Source of the DNA: a virus
Virus record (IMG/VR): IMGVR_UViG_3300005573_000058
Location: 32,001-96,000 of that record
Reading direction: 5' to 3' (one strand)
DNA: 64,000 bases
Every line of letters starts with the position of its first letter. Positions within the stretch are counted from its first letter, which is position 1. Shown one piece after another: positions 48,946 to 57,563 of this stretch. Under the pieces are notes generated by a model that had not been told where the DNA came from, ran no database searches, and saw only the letters and a list, made by a program, of their open reading frames with translations. Position numbers and translations under genes: made by a program.

Positions 48946-48972
48946 AACTGTTGTATAAAGAGGAGGAAAGAT

Positions 48973-49209
48973 ATGTTGATTAGATTACAACTTCTGTTTA
49001 TTGATGTAAATGTAGACATAAGAGAAGTAACAGCTTATTGTAATCGTTGTGTAACTGATAAATCTGTATGTGCATTACTGTTAAAAAGTCATTATAAGAC
49101 TGTATTTCACTACGATAAAACGACTATTGAATATAATAGTTGTACTGTATGTAGTATATTATTTGATACTAGTAAGAGTTTGTTATTTAGTTTAACAGCT
49201 GATAAATAA
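48973..49209 (+). CDS. Small Cys-rich protein, family member 5
   Basis: MLIRLQLLFIDVNV...CNRC...C...CTVC; AGGAGG RBS. Confidence 0.55.
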   Translation: MLIRLQLLFIDVNVDIREVTAYCNRCVTDKSVCALLLKSHYKTVFHYDKTTIEYNSCTVCSILFDTSKSLLFSLTADK

Positions 49210-49358
49210 GTGAGGTTTACGCATATCAACCTCCTTCTGTTGTAGATAGGTAGCATATGTATCAGTTTTATCTGCTTTCCTCCTATAGGTAAATAAAGTT
49301 GATTCAAGTACATATGCTACCTATCGTTATTTATAAATAGTTAAAGAAAGGAGGAACA

Positions 49359-49850
49359 ATGAAAGATCAATTTGTTAAAGTTGTAAAGATTGGCTCGAAA
49401 AGGACGCCAGGTGGTAGATGGTATTATGTATATTGTAAAATAATTCTTTACAAAAAAGAAGACAAGATCATGTTAAGTATATCAGGAGTAGAAGGACCGC
49501 TGAGTTCAGGTAATGCTCTAGGTAGTACAGGTCAGATAAATCCTGTTCAAGTAGAAAGATATGCTGAAGAATGGAACGAAGATATGTTGCGAAGATTCAA
49601 TGAGATATGGTCAGAATATCATCTTAATGATATGCATTTAGGAACAATTGTTCAAGAAAGAATATTAGAACAGTTTAATTGTACAAGTCTTGGCGATCCA
49701 AGAGTTAAACAAATTCTGAAAGAGTTCAATGTATTAGAACATTGTGGATCAGTATATGGCACTGAATTTAAGACAAGAAAGATATCTGAAGAAATAATCA
49801 GATTCTTGTATAATCTACCGACAGCAAATAAGATGCCAGCGTGGGTATAA
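49359..49850 (+). CDS. Hypothetical phage protein
   Basis: LSISGVEGP..SGNA.GS.GQI...W..YHLNDM..G motif-rich; strong RBS. Confidence 0.65.
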   Translation: MKDQFVKVVKIGSKRTPGGRWYYVYCKIILYKKEDKIMLSISGVEGPLSSGNALGSTGQINPVQVERYAEEWNEDMLRRFNEIWSEYHLNDMHLGTIVQERILEQFNCTSLGDPRVKQILKEFNVLEHCGSVYGTEFKTRKISEEIIRFLYNLPTANKMPAWV

Positions 49851-50027
49851 AAATGTTCTGCTTGCCTCATCTAACTTCTTGTGCTTCTGTAGTTTTAGCT
49901 GTTCTGTTTGATGGTTTTTAAAAAATGTTTTTAAAAATTTTAAAATGGGAGGTTAATCAGAATAGCTAAAGAGATTGGGTATATTAATTAAAAAATAAGA
50001 AAAAAAATAAAAAAAAAGGAGGTAAAT

Positions 50028-50291
50028 ATGGTCAGTTTAGCACAAAGGAAGGTATTGGCCAAGAAAGGGTTAGTGTTAGATGTTGATAACCTCAAATGGC
50101 CAATACAAGATATTACAAGAGCAAAGGCCGCAAAAGTATACTCAGCCAAGTTATATAAGCAGCATATGATAAGTAAGGCTGAGTATGCCAAGATTCAGCA
50201 TGCCGCCAATGCTGCAATAAAAATTTATAAAAGCGGCGGCAGCCAAGCAGATGTTGCTAGATATATCGACCGTTATAATTTATATGTTTAA
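50028..50291 (+). CDS. Small basic hypothetical protein
   Basis: 87 aa; AAGGAGGT RBS. Confidence 0.6.
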   Translation: MVSLAQRKVLAKKGLVLDVDNLKWPIQDITRAKAAKVYSAKLYKQHMISKAEYAKIQHAANAAIKIYKSGGSQADVARYIDRYNLYV

Positions 50292-50714
50292 TAAATAATG
50301 AATAAGGCAGGTAGCTAATGTTGAAATAGAGCGGAAAGCCACCTGCCTTGTTCTGTTAAAAAGGGAGGTTGTAATGATAGTTTTAGAGTATTTAGCAAGT
50401 ATTACATTCTTTATTGTTACTTTTAGATTCGTCGATGGTATGATAAACAAAGTAAATAGAAAGTTTGGTAATATGAAGAATGTCAAAAAGATAGATATAA
50501 GAAAATTAATATAAAAAAAGGAGGATAAAATGTATAAAAGTCATAGTAAAAAGACTAAAATAGGTAAATGTTGTATATGTGGTAAAACAGTGTATCATGA
50601 GGACTTAGCAAAAGACTGTGTAAAGTTTGCTGAGTTTTATATGACTGGCTTGTGCAGCGAATGTCAAGATTTTGTATTTAAAGAACAGGCAGAAGAAGAA
50701 TGAAAGGAGGATAT

Positions 50715-50915
50715 ATGTTTGCTAAAATCGAGAAGGAATGTATTATTGAAAGATTTTTTATTGTATGTCCTCATTGTGGTGAAGTTATTGAAGGGTCTTC
50801 AAGAGAACAAGTATGGAGAGAAGCACTAGAGAAGGGTTGGAGATATGATGAGGGAGAGGGTACAATATGTTGTAAAAATTGTTGTTCTTATTATCAAAAA
50901 ATAAAGGAGGTATAA
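50715..50915 (+). CDS. Small zinc-ribbon protein
   Basis: CPHC...GW......CCKNC; ATG after AAGGAGG. Confidence 0.6.
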   Translation: MFAKIEKECIIERFFIVCPHCGEVIEGSSREQVWREALEKGWRYDEGEGTICCKNCCSYYQKIKEV

Positions 50916-50916
50916 T

Positions 50917-51225
50917 ATGTCGTTATTTTTTATAATTTTTGCTATAGTAAATGTTGCAGCTTGTATAGTTGCATGGTTTCTTGAATCGAAGAAAGGTATA
51001 TATTACATTAAATATGTTAAAGATAATATGAACAAATGGAAGACAGTAATGGTGCCATTCTATGTAGCAAAAGCTATTTTCTTAATGTTTCCATTATTTG
51101 TTGATATAGCAGTAACTATGGGACTGATAGCTATCTTCAACTTTGGTGGTTGGTATGGAGGAGTATTAGGATTGTTTGCTTCTAATTTGATATCGTTGTT
51201 GATAATTAGAACGTTAGTAATGTAA
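50917..51225 (+). CDS. Membrane protein
   Basis: Three hydrophobic segments; RBS. Confidence 0.6.
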   Translation: MSLFFIIFAIVNVAACIVAWFLESKKGIYYIKYVKDNMNKWKTVMVPFYVAKAIFLMFPLFVDIAVTMGLIAIFNFGGWYGGVLGLFASNLISLLIIRTLVM

Positions 51226-51280
51226 TTATAAAAAAACAAGGCACCACTGTTATCAGTGGTGCCTTAAAAAAGGAGGTTAT

Positions 51281-51598
51281 ATGTTAAATTTTTTAGCAGT
51301 TATAAAAAGAAGTGTAAGTGAAAGAAAGGCTGTCTTAGAGTTAAGACAGCTCAAGCATGAGTTATATGATAATCTGATAAATATTGGCAGAGGAGAACAT
51401 AATGTTGAAGTTGTTAAGAAGATCATTAGAATAATTGATCATATATCTGATAAATATAAAGATGAATTTGAAGATCTTGATAGTGTAACATTATATTTAT
51501 GTTGCTATTCAAGATTTAAACTATTCATGTTAAAAATAAGAGCATTATTTAGCAGAGAAAGTCTTGACAAATTGATAAAAAATGTTATATTTAAATAG
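51281..51598 (+). CDS. Hypothetical protein
   Basis: 105 aa; AAGGAGGT RBS. Confidence 0.6.
   Translation: MLNFLAVIKRSVSERKAVLELRQLKHELYDNLINIGRGEHNVEVVKKIIRIIDHISDKYKDEFEDLDSVTLYLCCYSRFKLFMLKIRALFSRESLDKLIKNVIFK
51564..51591 (+). promoter_or_regulatory. Sigma70-type promoter
   Basis: TTGACA-16 nt-TATATT with TG extension, upstream of 51616. Confidence 0.55.
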
Positions 51599-51615
51599 GA
51601 GAGAAGGAGGTATAT

Positions 51616-51831
51616 ATGAAACTGAGTGAAGATCTATGTAAAGATATTGACTTATATAGAGTATATTATGCTCAAAAGAAAAAAAGAAGAAAGAAGAAAA
51701 TGTTAGATAAGATTGATAAGATTAAGAGAATAAAAAGTATGAGTAGGTCTAGAATACCTTCAGTAAAGATAATGCATCGTTCAAAAAGACATGAAAATGA
51801 TTGGAAGTATAGAGTAAACGATGAGGAGTAA
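51616..51831 (+). CDS. Small basic protein (intact homolog of the cassette 8 pseudogene)
   Basis: 71 aa, K/R-rich, ...RHENDWKY; hairpin terminator over the stop. Confidence 0.6.
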   Translation: MKLSEDLCKDIDLYRVYYAQKKKRRKKKMLDKIDKIKRIKSMSRSRIPSVKIMHRSKRHENDWKYRVNDEE

Positions 51832-51874
51832 TTTACTCCTCATCGTTTTTTGATTTTAAAAAGAAGGAGGTAAA

Positions 51875-52933
51875 ATGTTAGTAGTTCATTCGTTAAATAA
51901 AGTAAATATGCTTGATATAAAGAGAATTGTAGAAAGATATCTGCAGCAATTTGGTGTTGCAACTTTGAATGTAACGAATGATACATTTGATCTAGGAGAT
52001 GATATAAAGATTATTGAGTCTAGAGTGACATTTCTGCCAAGAAATCAAACTGCTGCTAATAAATATGCATTTGTTGAGAAGGAGACATATGGAGAGGTCT
52101 TCCTTCAAGGTAGGAATATTTTTAATATTTCTACTGATGATAAAGTTCAGAAGCAGATGTATAGAATGTTATTTGAAACAGAAGAAGGTGATCTATCATT
52201 ATTGTTCATATTAAGAGCATTATATAAACAGAATAAAATGAAGATCATAATGTTAGAAAATGTTGGTAAAGAATATTTTAAGACTGGTCAGATTGGAATT
52301 GAGATTACTGATAATTGTAACGATCTGACTTTTAGAAAGTTATTAGATATGACAATAGAAGATGTAAAGAAAGAGAAGATGGTACAAAAAGAATATAATT
52401 TGAAAGATAAAAAGTATGTTGAAAGAACATTAGAATATCTTCCAGCATATTTAATATATCCTCTAGCATTGAATGTTAGAACACATTCAGTAGGTATAGC
52501 AAGAGAAAATAATGTTATCTTTCAGAACGATAGAATAGTATCATTGCCATATATGCTACCATTGCCAGTTTATTATATTGATAAAAGTAGGATACAAGTA
52601 ACTGAAAATCAGAAAGAGTATGTTAAAATGGAAATTGATGTGGATGAGAGTATTATAACAAAAGGTTCAGTTGATATCGACTTAGATATGAAGAGTGAAA
52701 CTTCAGCTATTGTTTCTAAGAGCAATTATCTGTTTACTAGTAAGAACAAGTTTACAAAGTTTTATAAGGAGAAGGATATTTTAAAGAAGTTGAACATTGC
52801 AAATGAGATAGAGAAAGATCTTGAATATGTTGATTTACAGGAGATTATACGTAGAAATATTAGCGATATAGAACAGATGAAAACAATGCAATTTGATCTT
52901 CCAGAGACAAAGCTTATAGCATGTTACAAATAG
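51875..52933 (+). CDS. Hypothetical protein
   Basis: 352 aa; AAGGAGGT RBS; no recognised motif. Confidence 0.65.
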   Translation: MLVVHSLNKVNMLDIKRIVERYLQQFGVATLNVTNDTFDLGDDIKIIESRVTFLPRNQTAANKYAFVEKETYGEVFLQGRNIFNISTDDKVQKQMYRMLFETEEGDLSLLFILRALYKQNKMKIIMLENVGKEYFKTGQIGIEITDNCNDLTFRKLLDMTIEDVKKEKMVQKEYNLKDKKYVERTLEYLPAYLIYPLALNVRTHSVGIARENNVIFQNDRIVSLPYMLPLPVYYIDKSRIQVTENQKEYVKMEIDVDESIITKGSVDIDLDMKSETSAIVSKSNYLFTSKNKFTKFYKEKDILKKLNIANEIEKDLEYVDLQEIIRRNISDIEQMKTMQFDLPETKLIACYK

Positions 52934-52941
52934 GAAGAGAT

Positions 52942-53091
52942 ATGAAAGTAAACATATATCAACTTAACTTAAATCTTAAATCTGATTGCGACGCCTGTAA
53001 GTTTGAATATTGTTTCTCATCATGTAAAAAGGTTAATATAGGTGATGCTACAATCAGGTTAAATTCGTATATAGCAAAGGAAACACTTTAG
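52942..53091 (+). CDS. Small Cys-rich protein, family member 6 (49 aa)
   Basis: Manually translated MKVNIYQLNLNLKSDCDACKFEYCFSSCKK... Confidence 0.45.
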   Translation: MKVNIYQLNLNLKSDCDACKFEYCFSSCKKVNIGDATIRLNSYIAKETL

Positions 53092-53200
53092 CAAAGTGAC
53101 GATGACATGTACATTAGTCACCTCTACAACTATAATTAGTATAGCCTTCGGCTGATTATCAGCGGAGGCTATACTAATATTTAATTAGGAGGAAGTTAAT

Positions 53201-53395
53201 ATGCTTTATATTCAATTAGACAAAAATGTAAAGGGTGTATTTAATATTTATTGCAAATCGTGTTCTTTTAGTAGCATCCCAAATTGTAGACTTCTTGTTT
53301 TTAGGAGAGGTGAGACTGAACAAGCATGTAAAGTATTTGAGTCTACTTGTGTCAGGACATGGTCACTTGTATATATAAAAGAAGATAATATTTAG
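53201..53395 (+). CDS. Small Cys-rich protein, family member 7
   Basis: MLYIQLD.NV....YCKSC.....C...C; AGGAGG RBS. Confidence 0.5.
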   Translation: MLYIQLDKNVKGVFNIYCKSCSFSSIPNCRLLVFRRGETEQACKVFESTCVRTWSLVYIKEDNI

Positions 53396-53435
53396 CGTTT
53401 TATGTTTAATTTTTTTTAAAAAAAGGAGGAAAATT

Positions 53436-55523
53436 ATGAAAAATAAAAAGCAAGTTTTAAAAGCTGCCCCGATAAAATTGGTAAAGGGGCAGAGATTTGT
53501 AATGCTTAGACATATAGTAGTTAAGAAAGATGGTACATTTGAAATAACAGATGGTAAGTATGTTAACATCGATGTAGGACAGAATAAATTAGCATTGAAT
53601 ATGTGGAGATATATGGCTAAATTTGTTGATGAAAAAGGTAAGAATATTGTACCATCAAAAGATGTATTAAAAAAGTTAGAAGATCAATATGAAATTACAT
53701 ATATTCATACTGGTCATAGAGGAACTGAGGCTAGAGTATTGTTAAAGAAGTTCAACAAAGTTGAAAGATATCTGAAAGGATTACCTGTTGAAAAGAAAAT
53801 AGCAAGAAGAAAGCTGTTTTTAAGAAGAAAGATAGACGACTTCAGATCATATGGTATAGATAAAATAAGAATAATAAATGTTCCAAAAGAGTATGAAAAA
53901 TATGTAGATGGTGTAATATTCTATAAAGGCAAAGAGATTATGAAAGGTGATAAGAACAGAAGAAACTTAGAAGGAGCAGAAGTGAAAGGATTTGCAAAAG
54001 GATCATTGATGAATGTTAATAAGTCAAAGTTCTTTAAGAAGTTAATAGGAGATGTACAAGAAGATGAATTAGTTATACCATCTTGTAACGTTAAAATGAG
54101 GAAAGATTTAAAATATACAATAGATGATATATGGATAGCTGAATATGCAAAGACAAGAGCTGTTGTTAAAGATGAATTAGAATATGGTATAGCAGCGATG
54201 ATAAAAAATGTAAAACCTATTGATGTACCTGAATGGACATTAGAAAGGATATATGAACTTGTAAAGTTGACTGATAATGATAACATGGCAAGTGCATTGT
54301 TAAAGGCAGGTGTACCATTGAATGATCAGTATTTTGTTCAATCAGCAGAACCTATTATATCTGCTGAGATAAGTAGAATATTTAGAATCGGATATGGATT
54401 AACAGGATTTGCTGTTGCTCTGCCAAAGGCAGGTAAGGTTGATGAAATTGTCGTTGGTAAAAGAATTGCAAAGTGGTTGAATATAAAGAAAGGAGGAACT
54501 GTTGTTCTTACAAGAAATCCAATTCCAGGTATATTAGGACTACTGAGAGTAAAAGTTAAAAAGATTGTAGATAAAGATGTTATTTATGTTCATCCAGATA
54601 TATGGACAGGTGTATTGAAAGGAGACTATGATGGTGATCTGTGTCAGTTGATTGTTGATTATCCAGAGCTTAAAGAACATGCATTTGAGCCAGCTCATGC
54701 TCTAAAGCTAGTTGAAAAAGCAAATAAGATGATAGAGAAAGAAGATAGTACAGAAGAAAATCTGCAGCAAACAGAACTTGATGTATATCATGCTATTGTA
54801 TCAAATGCAGCTGCTGTAGGTATATTGACGATGGAATGGTTAGAAAGGATGAATGAATATCATAAGATGTCAAAAGATAAAAGAGCTGTTCAAATGTATG
54901 TTGATTTTGAAGACATTCAAAAGAGTATAGATGGAATGAAACATGATGCATATAAGAATGCTGTTAAGCTTGCTGATAGAATTAAGAATATTATGAGAAC
55001 GAGACAAGTAAATAGCTATTTAAGAGCTATAAGGAATGTTAATATATCTTATGAGAATAGAATAGAAGTTATAAGAAGTGCAAATTATACATCAGATGAT
55101 ATTTATGAAAAGATTGTATGTAGAAGAAGAAATGCTATAAAGGGATTAGATAGTATTGGTAGTCAAACAGTTGAATATGATTATAGAAGTGCAGCAAAGA
55201 AGATGTTAAAAGAGGTTAATATCGACTCTGAAAGATTACAGAAAGCAAGACAGATGGTGATTAAGTTTCATAGTAAAAATGGATATTCGGAAATGGCTAC
55301 TATTGAGTTAGCTAAGAAGTTGTACAAAACGCTGAAGCTTAAAAAGAATATAGTAGCATTGCTAGAAGCAAGTACATATCCAAGAGGAGTTGGAAGAGCA
55401 GCAATGTTGAGTCTGCCAACTGCAAAAAAGATAGTGAAACTAGCAATTCAAGATATGAACGATGTTAAAGAAATAATAGAACAAGATATAAAAGAAGTTA
55501 AGAAGATAATAAATCAGCCATGA
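53436..55523 (+). CDS. Single-chain two-barrel (YonO/eRdRP-like) nucleotide polymerase, paralog of 34805-37396 without RNase H
   Basis: VDGVIFY, GAEVKGFAKG, IAKWLNIK.G..V.L.RNPIP, LKGDYDGD (54624-54638), IDGMKH; colinear with the fused copy. Confidence 0.75.
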   Translation: MKNKKQVLKAAPIKLVKGQRFVMLRHIVVKKDGTFEITDGKYVNIDVGQNKLALNMWRYMAKFVDEKGKNIVPSKDVLKKLEDQYEITYIHTGHRGTEARVLLKKFNKVERYLKGLPVEKKIARRKLFLRRKIDDFRSYGIDKIRIINVPKEYEKYVDGVIFYKGKEIMKGDKNRRNLEGAEVKGFAKGSLMNVNKSKFFKKLIGDVQEDELVIPSCNVKMRKDLKYTIDDIWIAEYAKTRAVVKDELEYGIAAMIKNVKPIDVPEWTLERIYELVKLTDNDNMASALLKAGVPLNDQYFVQSAEPIISAEISRIFRIGYGLTGFAVALPKAGKVDEIVVGKRIAKWLNIKKGGTVVLTRNPIPGILGLLRVKVKKIVDKDVIYVHPDIWTGVLKGDYDGDLCQLIVDYPELKEHAFEPAHALKLVEKANKMIEKEDSTEENLQQTELDVYHAIVSNAAAVGILTMEWLERMNEYHKMSKDKRAVQMYVDFEDIQKSIDGMKHDAYKNAVKLADRIKNIMRTRQVNSYLRAIRNVNISYENRIEVIRSANYTSDDIYEKIVCRRRNAIKGLDSIGSQTVEYDYRSAAKKMLKEVNIDSERLQKARQMVIKFHSKNGYSEMATIELAKKLYKTLKLKKNIVALLEASTYPRGVGRAAMLSLPTAKKIVKLAIQDMNDVKEIIEQDIKEVKKIINQP

Positions 55524-55536
55524 GCAAAAGTTACAA

Positions 55537-55571
55537 GAAGACCATAGACTCGTTCTATGGTCTTCTTTTTT
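55537..55571 (+). terminator. Intrinsic terminator
   Basis: AGAAGACCATAGA-loop-TCTATGGTCTTCT plus T-tract. Confidence 0.75.
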
Positions 55572-55593
55572 GATAAGTATAAATAATTGTATA

Positions 55594-55830
55594 TCAATGG
55601 AAATTGATAAGCTATATGATGCCAAATTAAGCATTAACTACATTTACATTCCGTTAATGCTTTCACTGGCATCATATATGCAGAAGTGAATAACTTCTGA
55701 AAAAAAATTTTTAAATTGAGATACAAGATTCAATGGAAATTGAAAGTTATCGAAACAGTTTATTTTATTCCGCACATTTCATGTGCTTGTAAAATAAACT
55801 GTTTCAGAAGTGAACAGCTTCTGAAAAAAA
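55594..55830 (+). ncRNA. Two-unit structured RNA-like repeat at the head of the ATPase-RNase H-ligase-RT operon
   Basis: Each unit: TCAAT-GGAA-ATTGA (55594, 55730), a sequence-unrelated long hairpin, then CAGAAG-TGAA(T/C)A(A/G)-CTTCTG-A-tract (55681, 55805). Confidence 0.5.
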
Positions 55831-55856
55831 TGTATATTTATTAAAAGGAGGTATAT

Positions 55857-56099
55857 ATGAAAGGAGACATGAAGAAGTCTGTATATGTAGATTATGATGA
55901 AGAAGCTAAAATGTATTATATCAGGGTCGTACATAGTTATAAAATAGAGCGTCCTCAGGAAAGACTAGGTAAGAAGATCAATAAGCCTGATTGGAGACAG
56001 ATAAATAAGATTGTAAAAGTTATGCAAGAATTTTGGAACGTACAGCAGTATTTAGCTGATATTTATAAAAGTAAAGAAAAATGTACAGGGGAGGAATAA
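55857..56099 (+). CDS. Hypothetical protein
   Basis: 80 aa; AAGGAGGT RBS. Confidence 0.55.
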   Translation: MKGDMKKSVYVDYDEEAKMYYIRVVHSYKIERPQERLGKKINKPDWRQINKIVKVMQEFWNVQQYLADIYKSKEKCTGEE

Positions 56100-56163
56100 T
56101 GGATAATAAAGAGAAGTTAAATAGTTTATTTTTTTTAAAAAAAAATAACAAAAAGGAGGTTAA

Positions 56164-57321
56164 ATGAGTAATAAAACAATTCAAAGTAATGATTTATTAG
56201 TTTTGTCGCCAAAAGGTATAAAAGAGTTGGTAAGTTATTTTGTAAAGGCTGATATTCCTATATTGATCTGGGGTCAAACAGGAGTTGGTAAAACTCAGAT
56301 AGTAAAACAGATCGCACAAGAGAATGGTTATGATATGTTAGCGTTGTATCTAAATCAAGCTGATACATTAGGTGATTTATTAGGATTGCCGTATGTGAAT
56401 GCTGAAAAAGGTATAACTGAATTTTTACCGCCGCCAATAATTAAAGCAGCTGAACATGCTGAAAAGCCAACTATTTTATTCTTAGATGAGATAAACAGAT
56501 GTAGGAAAGAATTTAGAAATGCTATATATAGGTTAGTTCAGGAGAGAGTATTAGATCAGAGGAAGTTAAATGTCAGAATAGTAGCTGCTGCGAATCCATC
56601 GACAGATAAATATTTTGATACAGAAGAATTTGATGAAGCATTTCTAAATAGATTTGCACATGTTGGTATGAAATCTGATCTAACTGATTGGAAAGAATTT
56701 GCACATAGGAGAGGAGTCCATCCAACTGTTATTTCTTTTGCAAGTGAGTCAACAGCTTTTAGCAACGATCCTATAACATTTTCTAAGATAGTAACGCCAA
56801 GAGATCTTATTGAGAGTTTATCTAAGATTGTAAACATTATAGAAAATGATAAAGAACTTACTGAAGACGATAAATATAGGTTAATCGAGGAATCAGCAAA
56901 AGCGATATTAGGAATAGGTAAAGGTATTGCTTATACAAAAATGTATAAAGATTTGGAAAAGCCAATTCAGCCAGATGAATGGTTGCTGTCATCTAAAGAG
57001 AATCTTTCTAATAAGCTGAATGAACTTATCAGCAAAGGTCAAACTGATATAGTTATTAGTTCAGTCTATAATATTGCAAGAATTGATGCAAAGAAGATAA
57101 ATGATACATCAGCTAAGAAGATAATTAATGTATTATTAGAACAAACAGCTGAGATTATTGTTAATGCTATTATGATTTTGCCAGAAGTTGGACAAGATGT
57201 ATATCAGAAGATTTTAGAGTTAGCTCCAAATGAAGCAAGAAAGTTAGTAAGTGTTTATACGGAAAAAATGGATTTATTTAATAAACAAACTAAGAATGCG
57301 AATGGGAAAAGTAAAAGTTAA
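56164..57321 (+). CDS. MoxR-like AAA+ ATPase
   Basis: WGQTGVGKT, DLLGLP, ILFLDEINR, IVAAANP, FLNRFAH, TPR. Confidence 0.88.
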   Translation: MSNKTIQSNDLLVLSPKGIKELVSYFVKADIPILIWGQTGVGKTQIVKQIAQENGYDMLALYLNQADTLGDLLGLPYVNAEKGITEFLPPPIIKAAEHAEKPTILFLDEINRCRKEFRNAIYRLVQERVLDQRKLNVRIVAAANPSTDKYFDTEEFDEAFLNRFAHVGMKSDLTDWKEFAHRRGVHPTVISFASESTAFSNDPITFSKIVTPRDLIESLSKIVNIIENDKELTEDDKYRLIEESAKAILGIGKGIAYTKMYKDLEKPIQPDEWLLSSKENLSNKLNELISKGQTDIVISSVYNIARIDAKKINDTSAKKIINVLLEQTAEIIVNAIMILPEVGQDVYQKILELAPNEARKLVSVYTEKMDLFNKQTKNANGKSKS

Positions 57322-57332
57322 AAGGAGGTAAT

Positions 57333-57563
57333 ATGAAAGATGTAAGAAATATTATTAAATTTTTAAAGGATGAAATAAGATGTATAAGACAGGAATATGA
57401 TGTAGATTTATGGGATCAGACAGATATTTCATCGCTTGATAGTACAGAAGCATTTAATAGAGGTGTCTATAGAGCATATGTACAGATATTAGAGATGCTT
57501 GACAGTATTATTAAAAAAGAAGGTAAAGAAAATCATAGGAGGTTAAATGAGTCTAAAAGATGA
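57333..57563 (+). CDS. Hypothetical protein
   Basis: 76 aa; AAGGAGGT RBS. Confidence 0.55.
   Translation: MKDVRNIIKFLKDEIRCIRQEYDVDLWDQTDISSLDSTEAFNRGVYRAYVQILEMLDSIIKKEGKENHRRLNESKR

Noticed and set aside
55715-55746. Solitary CRISPR-repeat-like unit ending AATTGAAAG
   Set aside because: Only the 3' end resembles CRISPR repeats, the other copy ends ATTGATAAG, and the spacing is 136 nt; better explained as part of the two-unit structured repeat.
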